IMG/VR virus record: IMGVR_UViG_3300045771_000049
Coordinates: 1 to 64,000 of that record
Reading direction: 5' to 3' (one strand)
DNA length: 64,000 bases
Source of the DNA: a virus
Lineage: Duplodnaviria > Caudoviricetes
Shown here: one piece after another, positions 37,022-47,600 of the stretch
How positions within the stretch are numbered: position 1 is the first letter of the stretch
How the letters are laid out: the number at the start of each line of letters is the position of its first letter
The notes under the pieces: generated by a model
Database searches by the model: none
Told to the model about the DNA's origin: nothing
The model's input: only the letters and a program-made list of their open reading frames with translations
Program-made: the position numbers and the translations under genes

Positions 37022-38770
37022 ATGCCCTCTTTAAACCAACTTCGGATTTTATCGTCTGGTAAAGAGACCTTTGTCACGCAGAACGTGGCTGTCGCGGCTT
37101 CGACCGGTCAAGCGGCCAGCACAACGGCGAATCCCGCGCAGGTAACCTCGGTGTTTGGCCGCACAGGCGCTGTGGTCCTAACCCTGGCCGATGTGATCGC
37201 CGGTCTCGGGTATGCCCCCGTATCGCCGACCTCGCCGATATTTCTCGGCACCCCCACCGCGCCGATGCCGCCCCTGAATGACAATTCGTCCGCCCTGGCC
37301 ACCACCGCCTGGGTGAAGGAACAAGCCGGGTTCGGCAATGGTCTGGTTATCACCGCTGTAACCAATGGGCTCTATCTGTCACCCACGGGCGTGCTTAGCT
37401 CGCTGATCATCAGCGTGTTTGGCCGAACTGGCGCGATTCTAATGACGGCCAGTGATGTGATTTCGTCGCTGAGCTACGTCCCGGCCTCGATCGATTCGCC
37501 GATCTTCACCGGCAGCCCCACGGCACCGACAGCTTTGACTTCGGATGCCTCAAATGCCTTAGCCACGACGGCCTTCGTTAAAAACGCGATTCCGGCCCAA
37601 GCCGGGCTGGTCATCGCCAATATCGGTCTCGGTCTCGCTCTGACGGCGGGCAACTTGACGGCCAATGTCGATTCGGTGTTCGGCCGGAGCGGACAGATCG
37701 TTCTCACCGCCGCTGATATCACAACAGCGTTAAGCTTCGCTCCGGCCCCGATCGCCTCTCCGGCGCTCACTGGCACCCCGACCACCCCAACCGCTGGATT
37801 GGGTGACAATTCCGGCACCGTGGCCTCCACGGCGTTTGTACAAGCCTCCTTGGCCTCGTTTACGCAGTTGGCGAATGTCCAGGTGATCGGCGCCGGTCTG
37901 ACACTAATCACCGGCACCCTCTCCGCTACGGTCCTGTCAGTGTTTGGACGGTCCGGCAATATCGTCTTAACAGCGTCAGATGTCGCGCTGGCCCTGACAT
38001 TCACCCCCGCTCCGCTCAATTCCCCGGTGTTCAGCGGAATTCCAGCCGCGCCCACCCCGATCGCCACAGACAATTCGACGAGTCTAGCAACGACCGCGTT
38101 TGTGCAAAATCTCGTGCAAACCGCGTCGCCCTTGCTGATCGCGACCATTGGCAGCGGCCTGACACTCACGTCAGGCACCCTCAGTTCCACCGTGACCTCA
38201 GTGTTTGGCCGCACCGGCAGCATCCTGCTAACCGCCTCGGATGTCACCACGGCCCTGAGTTTCATTCCGGCCCCATTGATCTCCCCAGCGTTGACCGGGA
38301 CTCCGACTGCACCCACTCAACTCAGTTCCGATAACAGCACCCGGCTGGCGACCACAGCCTATGTCCGAAGTCTGCTCTCGGCCAATGCGGTTGGCTACGC
38401 GCAACTGCCGATCGAGGTGCAACAATTGCCCTTGGGGTTTGTCATCGCAGGCCGACCCCCTGCCAATCAGCCGTATTATTTGGTGATGGCAATGGCCGTG
38501 ACGCTGCCCGCGAATCTGGCAGGCACGGTGATCTATTGCGGCTCAGTTGCCACGGCCAATGCGGTGTTCACCATCAACAAGATCAGCAGCGGCACAACAA
38601 CGATGCTCGGCGCGATTACGGTGACCGCAGCCTCGCACACCAGCGCGACACTCAGCACCCAGACGCAAGCCAGTCTGGCGATCGGCGATGTGTTGCAATT
38701 GGTGGGGCCGCCTACGCAAGACGTTACACTGAGCGATCTTGGCATTACCATCCTCTGTGCGAAGGTCTGA
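37022..38770 (+). CDS. Tail fibre-like protein with four internal repeats
   Basis: SVFGR(T/S)G...SP.(F/L).G.PTAPT...DNS..LATTA(F/W/Y)V repeats; TAAATA at 36996. Confidence 0.8.
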   Translation: MPSLNQLRILSSGKETFVTQNVAVAASTGQAASTTANPAQVTSVFGRTGAVVLTLADVIAGLGYAPVSPTSPIFLGTPTAPMPPLNDNSSALATTAWVKEQAGFGNGLVITAVTNGLYLSPTGVLSSLIISVFGRTGAILMTASDVISSLSYVPASIDSPIFTGSPTAPTALTSDASNALATTAFVKNAIPAQAGLVIANIGLGLALTAGNLTANVDSVFGRSGQIVLTAADITTALSFAPAPIASPALTGTPTTPTAGLGDNSGTVASTAFVQASLASFTQLANVQVIGAGLTLITGTLSATVLSVFGRSGNIVLTASDVALALTFTPAPLNSPVFSGIPAAPTPIATDNSTSLATTAFVQNLVQTASPLLIATIGSGLTLTSGTLSSTVTSVFGRTGSILLTASDVTTALSFIPAPLISPALTGTPTAPTQLSSDNSTRLATTAYVRSLLSANAVGYAQLPIEVQQLPLGFVIAGRPPANQPYYLVMAMAVTLPANLAGTVIYCGSVATANAVFTINKISSGTTTMLGAITVTAASHTSATLSTQTQASLAIGDVLQLVGPPTQDVTLSDLGITILCAKV

Positions 38771-38773
38771 TTC

Positions 38774-40291
38774 ATGGCATACTTGCTCGCTGATACTTTT
38801 GATTTCTACGGAAGCTACGCTGATCTCGCCCTGCGTTGGATCATCGGCCCCTATGTGCCCGCGTTTGTCCCAGCGGCGAACACCGCCTTCGGCACCGGGC
38901 AGGCATTGCAGGCGAATGACATCAATGGCCTCGCTTTATCGATGCAAGGCAACTTCGTGACCACCGGCACGCTGGGTGGCAATGAGCCAACCATCTATTT
39001 GTCTTTTCGTCTGAAAGCTCTTCCCGGCATCGGCATCGGCCAGCAATTCCAAGTCCTGCTGACCAGCAATAGTTCCCCACAGATCGCCATCCAATTTACC
39101 GGGGATGGCTCGATCGTGATCCGCAACGGCGGCACGGGAGGGTTCCCCCTCGCACCCGCCCAGCCTGCCGCCTTTGTGATCAACACCTGGGACAGTTGGC
39201 AGGTCAAAGTGTTCATCAGTCAAGCAGCAGGCACCGTCGAGGTCCGCAAAAACGGCTCGACGACACCATTGTTTGTATTGACCAATGTAAACACCCAGGC
39301 CAGCAGCACAGCCTCGGCCAATGGCCTGCAACTTTACAACAACACCAGCGGCACCAGCACCCCGTTTTGGGCACTCGATGATCTCTACGTGAACAGTGCG
39401 AATGACGCGGCCCCAACCTCCTGGCCGGGCGATGTGCGCGGCACCGTCGTGATGCCGAATGGTGCCGTGACTACAGGTTTCACCGCGTTTCCGGCTGCCC
39501 TGATCGCGCATCGCTATTGGCGGATCAACATAACCACTGTATCAAATGGGAATAACGTCAATCTTGCTGAACTCCAAATGGCATCCTCTGTTGGCGGCGC
39601 TAATCTGTTCGGTTCCGGCACGGCTTTCGCGTCGGCCGCCCAGGGCAGCAGCTATCCCGCCTCGGCTGCCTGTGATGGTAATCTAACGAGTTTCTGGAGC
39701 ACGCCCGATACCGGATCATCAACATCATTACCACAATGGTGGGCATATGATTTCGGCGCGGGCCACAGTTTGATCGTAACGGAGGTTCGGATTTACCCGC
39801 TGAATGTGAGCGGCTCGCCCTACGCACCAACCGCCTTCACGCTGGACTATTCGGACGACAGTTCGATTTGGACAACGGTGCAAGCCTTCACAACGGCCGG
39901 TTGGTCGATCAGCACGTGGCAGACCTTTGACGTGACCGGTTACGGCCTGTCAAATTACGCGGCCGTGAATAATCCCACCGAAAATGGCGGGGCGACCTAC
40001 GTGCAAGCCTCCGTGATCGGGACCGAAGACCTGTATAGCGTCTCGCCGACGAGCGCGCAGAATGTCATCGGCGTGAATGTATTTGCGTATTTGAAACGGT
40101 CTGATTCTGGGAGCAAAACTGCTGGCATTCAGGTCAAGCTCAGTGGCGGCACGGATACCACGGAGCTAACCATCAATCCCTCGTTGAGCTACGCGTGGCA
40201 GACGGCCTATCTGGCGGTCGATCCAACGGGCGCACCCTGGACCCCAACGACGGTCACGACGATGAATCTCGGCATCAAGGTCATTACGTAA
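38774..40291 (+). CDS. Virion protein with inserted discoidin/F5-8-like carbohydrate-binding domain
   Basis: RYWRINI, A.DGN..SFW, WWAYDFG, FTLDYSDD...W. Confidence 0.7.
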   Translation: MAYLLADTFDFYGSYADLALRWIIGPYVPAFVPAANTAFGTGQALQANDINGLALSMQGNFVTTGTLGGNEPTIYLSFRLKALPGIGIGQQFQVLLTSNSSPQIAIQFTGDGSIVIRNGGTGGFPLAPAQPAAFVINTWDSWQVKVFISQAAGTVEVRKNGSTTPLFVLTNVNTQASSTASANGLQLYNNTSGTSTPFWALDDLYVNSANDAAPTSWPGDVRGTVVMPNGAVTTGFTAFPAALIAHRYWRINITTVSNGNNVNLAELQMASSVGGANLFGSGTAFASAAQGSSYPASAACDGNLTSFWSTPDTGSSTSLPQWWAYDFGAGHSLIVTEVRIYPLNVSGSPYAPTAFTLDYSDDSSIWTTVQAFTTAGWSISTWQTFDVTGYGLSNYAAVNNPTENGGATYVQASVIGTEDLYSVSPTSAQNVIGVNVFAYLKRSDSGSKTAGIQVKLSGGTDTTELTINPSLSYAWQTAYLAVDPTGAPWTPTTVTTMNLGIKVIT

Positions 40292-40330
40292 ATGATGATG
40301 ATACGGTTCATCGATCGCTGGAATTAACAG

Positions 40331-41101
40331 ATGCTGGGCCTATCGCTTGGAGACGCCCCACTAGGAAGTGAGCCGGAACAACTAATCAGTCTAGGCGGCA
40401 TCTTCGCGACCACCGCCCTGGGGGTCGTGCTAGCTGTCAAAAGCCCAACCCTTCTCGGTGTCTCGGCAACCAGTGCGATTGGTGCCCTGCTCACGTCGGA
40501 TAATCGGCTGCTGACCGGGCAGGACGCGATCAGCGCGATCGGCCTTGCTGCTATTACCGAGACGAGAACCATTCCTGCGGGGGTCCTTGCCACCGCAGTC
40601 TCCGGCATGGTTACCTTGCCGGTCAATCCAACGATCAGCGGCCTATTGGCGACCAGTGTCTTTGGCCTGCCAACCTACACCGAGAGCCGCGCGCTCACCG
40701 GGGTATTGGCGACCGGCGCGCGTGGGATCGTGGTTCCCACCGTCATCCCATCCATCAGTGGTCTGTATGGAACCGGGGTATTGGGTGCGCCCACGCTGAT
40801 CAGCAGTTTTCCTGGCCTGTATGCGACCGGCGCGTTCTGGAGTGTCGTGCCTACCCATTTGATCGGCTTGCCGGGTGTCAGTTCCATAAGTGCGATCGGC
40901 GCCTTGGTTTCACTGAGTTTCGTGCGGTTGAGCCAACTGGGTGCCGAGGTGTGGAATCAAGGCACGCCTGCGGTTCGCGTCAGTCAACTGGGTGCGGAAG
41001 TTTGGAACCAAGGTCTACCGGCCATCCGGCTGTCGCAGATCGGCGTTGAGGTTTGGGAAAATCTGCACGTGCAGAGCGTTTTCGTCATCTTCATGGCTTG
41101 A
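40331..41101 (+). CDS. Putative virion structural protein
   Basis: G(V/L).AT repeats and three R(L/V)SQ(L/I)G.EVW repeats. Confidence 0.65.
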   Translation: MLGLSLGDAPLGSEPEQLISLGGIFATTALGVVLAVKSPTLLGVSATSAIGALLTSDNRLLTGQDAISAIGLAAITETRTIPAGVLATAVSGMVTLPVNPTISGLLATSVFGLPTYTESRALTGVLATGARGIVVPTVIPSISGLYGTGVLGAPTLISSFPGLYATGAFWSVVPTHLIGLPGVSSISAIGALVSLSFVRLSQLGAEVWNQGTPAVRVSQLGAEVWNQGLPAIRLSQIGVEVWENLHVQSVFVIFMA

Positions 41102-41200
41102 TCGCCGATCTGGAACGGATTGTCGCCCGATTGCGCGCTTGACGCGCAGCTAAAGCGAATGCTACGAGCCGAGTGACCCTGACAGCCAAGAGGTTCAGTC

Positions 41201-41716
41201 ATGTCCGGATCGTTTGATCTCACCAGCGCGCTGACCGCGCTCGTCACCTCACAAGTACGCACCACACCGACCGGGATCACCAGCGACGAATTGATGGTTG
41301 ATCCGAGCAACACGCATGGGCATCAAGGCAATAACGATGATTTTGTCCTGAAAAACAACGGTGACGATTTTCAGTTGTTCCGTAGCCATGATGATCTGAC
41401 CTTCATCCACGGCGCCAATGACACTGCTAGCTACTGGGGTGGCGGCAATCAGACGATCTATGACTCGGGATCAGGGACCACCTTGCAATTCAGCGAGTTG
41501 GATCAGGCCCAGGTGAAAATCTACGACTTCCAGAACGACGCGACCGGTCGCGTGCTGGTCTACAATCCAACGGTCACCACCCTGGCGCCCGATGGTCACG
41601 GCGGTACCATGCTCGGCAGCATCGATTTCATCAATGATCCGAATCTGTCGATGAACCAAATTGGTTTTGTGCACACGGTGTCGCCGCCTTCGCAAGGCGG
41701 ATTGCTTCCAGTCTGA
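41201..41716 (+). CDS. Acidic RTX-like hypothetical protein
   Basis: GNND/GAND repeats, I.DF, DGHGGT; GAGG SD. Confidence 0.6.
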   Translation: MSGSFDLTSALTALVTSQVRTTPTGITSDELMVDPSNTHGHQGNNDDFVLKNNGDDFQLFRSHDDLTFIHGANDTASYWGGGNQTIYDSGSGTTLQFSELDQAQVKIYDFQNDATGRVLVYNPTVTTLAPDGHGGTMLGSIDFINDPNLSMNQIGFVHTVSPPSQGGLLPV

Positions 41717-41730
41717 CCGAATAGCCTATC

Positions 41731-42330
41731 TCACCCCTCGATCGAAGTGATCGCTTTCTTGACCGCTTCGAGGACCGAGGTGACGCCTTGCGTGGTCATC
41801 TTGCGTTGATCCCGTGAGGCGATGTTTTCCATCACCTCACCGGCACGGGCGAAGATACGTCCAGCAGCACCGCATTTCTTTTGCAAATTGGTGCGACCAA
41901 GAGCGGACATCGTCTCGACGAGTATCGGTTTTTTCGGGATCGAGACTTCCACACGGTTCATTGCCTCGCTGAGCGAACTCGCCTTCACCGAAGGCTTTTG
42001 CGTTTTGATTTGCACCTTTTCCATGGTCTCGGCCAAACTGACACGCGGCTGCCGGATCACCTGCATGGTGCCACTGGTCGGCGTGAAGAAATACCCGCCG
42101 GTGATGACCTCGACGCGATATTTCGGCTCGGCTTCTTGCAGATCGAGCGCCGGTATCCGGGCCAGCCATTTGTCCTGGCGACCCTTCGCACAATTCACCA
42201 CAACATCGTAGCCTGCACTCTCGACCACAAAACGCACAGCGGATTCATTCGCCGTGGCGCCCTGGATCATGACATCAAATTCGAATTCGGTCGGCTTGCC
42301 ATTGTTGATGGTCAGATTGGGTTGGGCCAT
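41731..42330 (-). CDS. Hypothetical late protein
   Basis: TAAATA plus GGAGGA SD; internal LAE/LSE/LVE motifs. Confidence 0.7.
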   Translation of the reverse strand: MAQPNLTINNGKPTEFEFDVMIQGATANESAVRFVVESAGYDVVVNCAKGRQDKWLARIPALDLQEAEPKYRVEVITGGYFFTPTSGTMQVIRQPRVSLAETMEKVQIKTQKPSVKASSLSEAMNRVEVSIPKKPILVETMSALGRTNLQKKCGAAGRIFARAGEVMENIASRDQRKMTTQGVTSVLEAVKKAITSIEG

Positions 42331-42414
42331 GGTATCCTCCGGGAATGGATTATTTAGCGAAGGCGCCAGAAACCCGCGACCTCTTTAGGGTCGCGGATGA
42401 ATGGCGCTGCGCAC

Positions 42415-42813
42415 TCAACCTTGGTTCTCAATGTATTTCCTGATCGTCTCCTGTGATGCATTGCCAACCGAACAGGCGAAGTAGCTGGGCGACCAGAACG
42501 TGTGCTTCTTCCAGAAATGCCGTGATAACGCGGGTGCGTGATGTGACCATAGATCATGCGTCGTCTCGGATTTGAGCTTGCTCACAATCTGCGTGACCGA
42601 AATGTTCGGCTTATACGACACCATCAGATGGATGTGGTTCTTGTCCACTTCTATTGTATCGATCTCGAAGTTGCTCCGCGTAGATATTTCAAGCATCTTG
42701 GCTTTGACCTCATCGCCATAGGTGATAAGCAGCTTCTTGCGGTATTTGACGGTGAATATCAGATGAACGAGCAAGAGAAACTTTCTGTGGTCTTCGGATG
42801 ATAACAAACGCAT
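42415..42813 (-). CDS. tnpA: IS200-type Y1 transposase
   Basis: HLIF..KYR, HIH (HUH), FWS.SYF..SVG, YIENQ. Confidence 0.95.
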   Translation of the reverse strand: MRLLSSEDHRKFLLLVHLIFTVKYRKKLLITYGDEVKAKMLEISTRSNFEIDTIEVDKNHIHLMVSYKPNISVTQIVSKLKSETTHDLWSHHAPALSRHFWKKHTFWSPSYFACSVGNASQETIRKYIENQG

Positions 42814-42855
42814 TCTTATTTACACCAGATTGCCATGTGTTGTATAAATAGAAAT

Positions 42856-44106
42856 ATGAAAGCGTTCAAGTATAGACTGAAGCCGACTAGCGAGCAAGAG
42901 GGCGCATTGCGTCAAACTGGCGGTGCTTGTCGTTGGCTTTGGAATAAGATGCTCGAACAGAACAAAGCCAAATACGAACAAGAAAAGAAATTTGTCTTCA
43001 AGTATGATTTGGTCGGGTCTCTACCAAAACTGAAAGAGCTACATCCGTGGCTGAAGGAAATGCCTAGTCAATCGTTGCAGCAGAGATGTTGGGATTTGGA
43101 TACCGCTATGAAGCGGTGCTTCAAGTCGGGATTTGGATTCCCGAAGTTCAAATCGAAAGATGATGAAAACGACACGTTCCGTATCTCCCAGACCAATGGG
43201 CATATTAAAGTCACACGGCAGGCGATCAAGCTACCAAAATTAGGATGGATCAACTGGCGGCGTCATCGACCCATCGATGGCAGATTGATGTCTGTCACCA
43301 TCAAGCAGGAGGGCATTCGCTGGTATGCTATTTGTTTGTGCGATACAGGCGAGGTGCTGAACCAGATCAGCGTTTGTGAAGATGACATCGTTGGTATTGA
43401 TCTTGGATTATCCTGCTTTGCCATGACCAGCGATGGCGAACTATTTGAGAAGCCAGCCCAATGCTACCAACGACTCAAACATGAGCAACGGAAGTTGAGT
43501 CGGATTGACGAGTCGAACAAGAAACAAGGCATTACCAAGTCCAACAGAAGGCTCAAACAGAAACAAATATTAGCCAAAACGCATCGTATTATTAGCGATC
43601 AGCGATATGATTTTCATCACAAGACGAGTAGAGAGATAGCCAATTTCTATAAGTTTGCTGGCATGGAAGACCTACATATCAAAGGAATGATGAAGAACCA
43701 CTGCTTAGCAGGTTCAATAGCTAAGGCAGGCTGGCACTCATTCCGAATGATGATACGATACAAACTCAAAGACCAAGGCGGCGATCTGTTACTGGCGGAT
43801 CGGTTCTATCCAAGTACCAAGCTGTGTTCGAGTTGCGGTCATAAGCAGGCGATGACGCTTGCCGATCGCACGTTCACATGCGAATCCTGTGGGATGGAGA
43901 TGAACCGAGATGCCAATGCGGCGATCAATTTGAAGCTGTGGGCGATGAGAGAGATGAATAGGGCTGGGACAGTCCGAATCTACGCACGGGGAGATACCGC
44001 CATCGGGGACGAAATACGTAAGTCGTCTAGATGTGTATCATTGAAGCGTGAAAAGTTCCGAGACAATCAGGTCTTGGAAGCCGCGACCTCTTTAGGGTCG
44101 CGGTAG
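42856..44106 (+). CDS. tnpB: RNA-guided endonuclease TnpB
   Basis: MKAFKYRLKPT, GIDLG, EDL, CSSC/CESC, RD.NAAINL; TATAAATA 5 nt before ATG. Confidence 0.95.
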   Translation: MKAFKYRLKPTSEQEGALRQTGGACRWLWNKMLEQNKAKYEQEKKFVFKYDLVGSLPKLKELHPWLKEMPSQSLQQRCWDLDTAMKRCFKSGFGFPKFKSKDDENDTFRISQTNGHIKVTRQAIKLPKLGWINWRRHRPIDGRLMSVTIKQEGIRWYAICLCDTGEVLNQISVCEDDIVGIDLGLSCFAMTSDGELFEKPAQCYQRLKHEQRKLSRIDESNKKQGITKSNRRLKQKQILAKTHRIISDQRYDFHHKTSREIANFYKFAGMEDLHIKGMMKNHCLAGSIAKAGWHSFRMMIRYKLKDQGGDLLLADRFYPSTKLCSSCGHKQAMTLADRTFTCESCGMEMNRDANAAINLKLWAMREMNRAGTVRIYARGDTAIGDEIRKSSRCVSLKREKFRDNQVLEAATSLGSR

Positions 44107-44667
44107 TTCACATGAATATCGTTCCGATATGTTTCCGCTATCCAGTTTATCCTGGTCATAGTTCGCGAATTCAGATCGAATTTGACTTGGATTGAATACT
44201 ACGTATTGCGTAATGGGCGTTTTTCCATCCGGACTATCGGTTAACGTGTCCGGCAGGACGATCCCATCATAGCCATTGGCTTGGAGAAATTGACGGGCAG
44301 CAGGGTAATCGGTCGTGTCACCATTCATCCGGATTTGCCGTCCGCCGACCACGTAGTCGGGTTTTCTGAATGTGGTGAAACGATCGACCAGATCACGGAT
44401 TTCATTGTAGCTCTTGATCACCCAGGGATGCTTCAAGCGCAACCGCACCGGCATGACCGACGCGCCCTGTCCCCGTGCGGCAAAATCGGCAAACCCTGAA
44501 GCCGCCTCGGGATTATCCGTAAACCAGATGCCCAATGGACCTTCGCGCGATCCACTGCCCAGCTTACTGCCCATTTCAAAGGTGTGAAAATCTTTGTTAG
44601 TGCCGTGAAATGCTTTGATATTGAACCCAAGCTGTTCGGGACGGCCGATTAATTCCATGAGCCGCAT
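44092..44667 (-). CDS. ART-PolyVal-like protein; last codons supplied by the IS
   Basis: MRLMELI; AFHGT..F..F...GIWFTDNP..A, VMPVRL, GYDGIV, YVVFNPSQIRS. Confidence 0.82.
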   Translation of the reverse strand: MRLMELIGRPEQLGFNIKAFHGTNKDFHTFEMGSKLGSGSREGPLGIWFTDNPEAASGFADFAARGQGASVMPVRLRLKHPWVIKSYNEIRDLVDRFTTFRKPDYVVGGRQIRMNGDTTDYPAARQFLQANGYDGIVLPDTLTDSPDGKTPITQYVVFNPSQIRSEFANYDQDKLDSGNISERYSCELPRP

Positions 44668-47600
44668 CAGTATTTGCCTGTGCGCGTGGGAGTCGTGGCC
44701 GCCACTCTTGGCTGGTCTTGTGCCGCGCTCATATCCACAGAAACGTTTGGCGTGGTTTCGTCGGTCGCCTGCTTCACATCATTGACCTTAACGTTGATAT
44801 CGCGCTTCGGCACATCGTGCTGGGTTTGTGTCCCGGTCCCGTTTTTCCATTTGACCGCGAACCGGTAGAACGCGCTGGTCGGATGAGGCCGGTGCGGTCG
44901 GCGGGCCGGAGCCGAGGTGCCGCCACCAAACCCATCGGTCCGCAGATTGAGACCGGGTACGCCTGTGCCGATCTGCACGATCCCAGGCGGATGAACCACC
45001 GCGCCCCCAGTGGCAATCGGATCGCCAGAGACATCCTGGATCGTGCCGCCATTCAGATTAAGCGCAATGATCCGCAGATCGTCCGTGTTCTGATTATCGC
45101 CGATAGTATAGGAAAATACTATCGCATTGCCCGGTGCCGGATCGCCCATGTAGGTTGCGATGCCGCCATCATTCAGGCTCAAGGTTGGCGAACCCGTTAC
45201 CGTTACCTGTTCGCTCAGGTAAAGGGTCATCAAGGCAGTCGAACCCAGCGTCAGCGAACCCGAGCCATTGGTCACATCAGCGCCGGTAATCGCCACCGAG
45301 ATGATGATCGCTTGGTTGCAGCCGACGGTATCCTGTGCATTGCCGGTTTCCGACGTGTTGCTGGAGTCAATCCCCATGATAACGGCCATATCAACGGCCG
45401 AACAGGTTTCCGCAACGCCAGCGATATAAATCGCTGTTGCATTGGTCTGATCAAGCGCGAGACCGGTGTCTGTGCTATTCGCCACCGCCCATTCGGCGAT
45501 CTCACAGGCATCGGCAAGCTCGCAAAGCTCGGTCACATCATCAATCGAGGTGTCAAGCGCACTGGTGGCATCGGCAGACAGTCCGCCTTCGATAATAGCC
45601 GCAAGAGTGATCAGAGTGGCATCCGTGCGGTCCGCCATGCCCCCCGTTTCGACCACCGCCTGCGTGCTGATCAGAACACTATCGGTCAGGTCCGCCGCAA
45701 CCCCGAACTCGATGATCGACGCCAAAGTCATGTAAGTGGCATCAACCACTTCGATCGTCAAATTGGATTCCATCACCGGCACGAGTGTCACGATGGCATC
45801 GATACACATTTCGCGCGCGACCGCATTGACCTCTTCAATATCCGCATAGGTGTTCCAGATGCAATCGACTTGGTCGGTCGCACCCCCCAGTTCAGCAATG
45901 GTCGCCGCGAACCACACAAACACGGCGATCTGATCCGTTATCGTTTCGGCTTCATCCACCCCAATCCCGGAGAAGTTGCCGCCATTGCCACTATCACTGG
46001 CGCCTTCGAGTTCATCGACCTCGCCGACGAAAACATCATCCCTCGTATCCATCGAGTCTACACAGTTGCCAAACTCTGCGATCGTTGTAATGAAGGTCGC
46101 CGTGCTGTCGGCGATATCGCTGCATGAGCCGAGATCACCAGCGCTGCCGCCAAACTGACTGAAGGCGGTGTCAGGCAGGTCGGCACAGGACAAGAAGTCT
46201 CTGGTATCGCCATTGAAATTGCTGCTCAGCGTATCGAAACTGTCGAGCGCTGCGCATAGTTCTGCCACCGTACTGGCGAAGATCGCGACGACGCTGGCCT
46301 GATCGAGGGTCGCTTCGGTTTCCTCTGTATCTCCATCGAACAGGCTGGCAAACGTATTGACACTATCTTCTGGCCCGCAATTTTCAGGCGTCTCACCAAC
46401 GAACAGATTGGCCCGATTGTCGGTCAGATCGAGCGCGATCGGTATCTCGTCGATTTGGGCGACGAAGATCGCGGTTATGCCGCTCGTATCCCCAATGATG
46501 CCGATCTCGTCGGTTTCCCCGCTATAGGTGCTGGCGATGATAGCCGACAGGTCAACCAGAGCGCCGGTTTCATCGGTCTCGCCGCCCAGCAGGTTCGCGT
46601 AGGTATCGGTCAGATCAGACGCCGCGCCAATTTCAGCGATCACGGTAGCAAACACGGCCACCACGTTCGTCAGATCGGTGCTAGCGCCGGTTTCATCGGT
46701 CTCGCCGACCCATATACTATCGGCGGTGTCTACGGTCTCAGTGAGGCCCAGCGGCTCGCTTACGTCACCTGGGGCGATGTTCGCGGCGAACGGAGCATCA
46801 AGCAGGTTACAAAGCTCCACAACCGCACCCCAGTAGGCGCTTGGCCCGACATCAACGAGGTCCTCGGCGTCAGGAAATTCGGCGATGATCCCCTCGGTGA
46901 TGTCTACGTCTACCGGCTGGTCAAGTAGATCAGCGCTCTCATCGACCTCACCGACGAACACGCTGAGGGCTTCGTTCGTGAGGTCCAGCGCCGTTCCGGT
47001 GTCCGTCGTGTTGCCTAGGTAGACACTTTCGTAAGTGTCGAGGTGATCCCTGGCGAAACAGAAATTGAACGCGCTGGCGACAAAATCGGCCTGCGTGTAG
47101 CAGGTCTCATCCGCTTGGCCGGTTTCGTCGGTTTCACCCACGTAAACACTGGCGATGACATCAGCCCAATCACTCGCACCAGCGGTCTCGGATGCATCAC
47201 CGCCATATTGCGCCTCGAAGGTATCGAAACTATCGATCGCAGTTCCGGTTTCGAGGCAGTCAACAATATAATCAACGGTGGTATCACACTCATCGGCTGA
47301 AGACGCAGTTCCTTCGTTAATATTCGCGTTGCCAATATGACCCGCGTTAACGATTTCGGCCGCGTGCAGGGTGTCGCTGGTCGCTCCGACGAACAGATTG
47401 TCGGCGGTATCGGCCAGATCGAGCGGGGAGGCGAATTCCGCATTGGACCCGATGAACACGGCAGTGGCGCTGAGAGCATCCGTGCAGCCCTCGGCTTCGC
47501 TAATTGCCCCGCCAAACATGCTGTCATATTCTTCGGCATCATCCAGCAAGCCGTAGATTTCGCTGGCGTTACCGTTGAACAGATTGAACCCGTTATCGGA

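Larger units (their letters stand above)
42358..44111 (+). mobile_element. IS200/IS605-family element (divergent tnpA/tnpB)
   Basis: Identical hairpins CCGCGACCTCTTTAGGGTCGCGG at 42374-96 and 44081-103; right end ...TAGTTCAC; lower GC; boundaries inferred. Confidence 0.9.

Noticed and set aside
36863-41101. Diversity-generating retroelement acting on fibre genes
   Set aside because: No reverse transcriptase and no adenine-specific TR/VR pair seen; repeats are in-frame protein repeats.
42856-44106. TnpB as the Cas12-like effector for the array
   Set aside because: It lies 42 kb away inside an intact IS with tnpA and both end hairpins.
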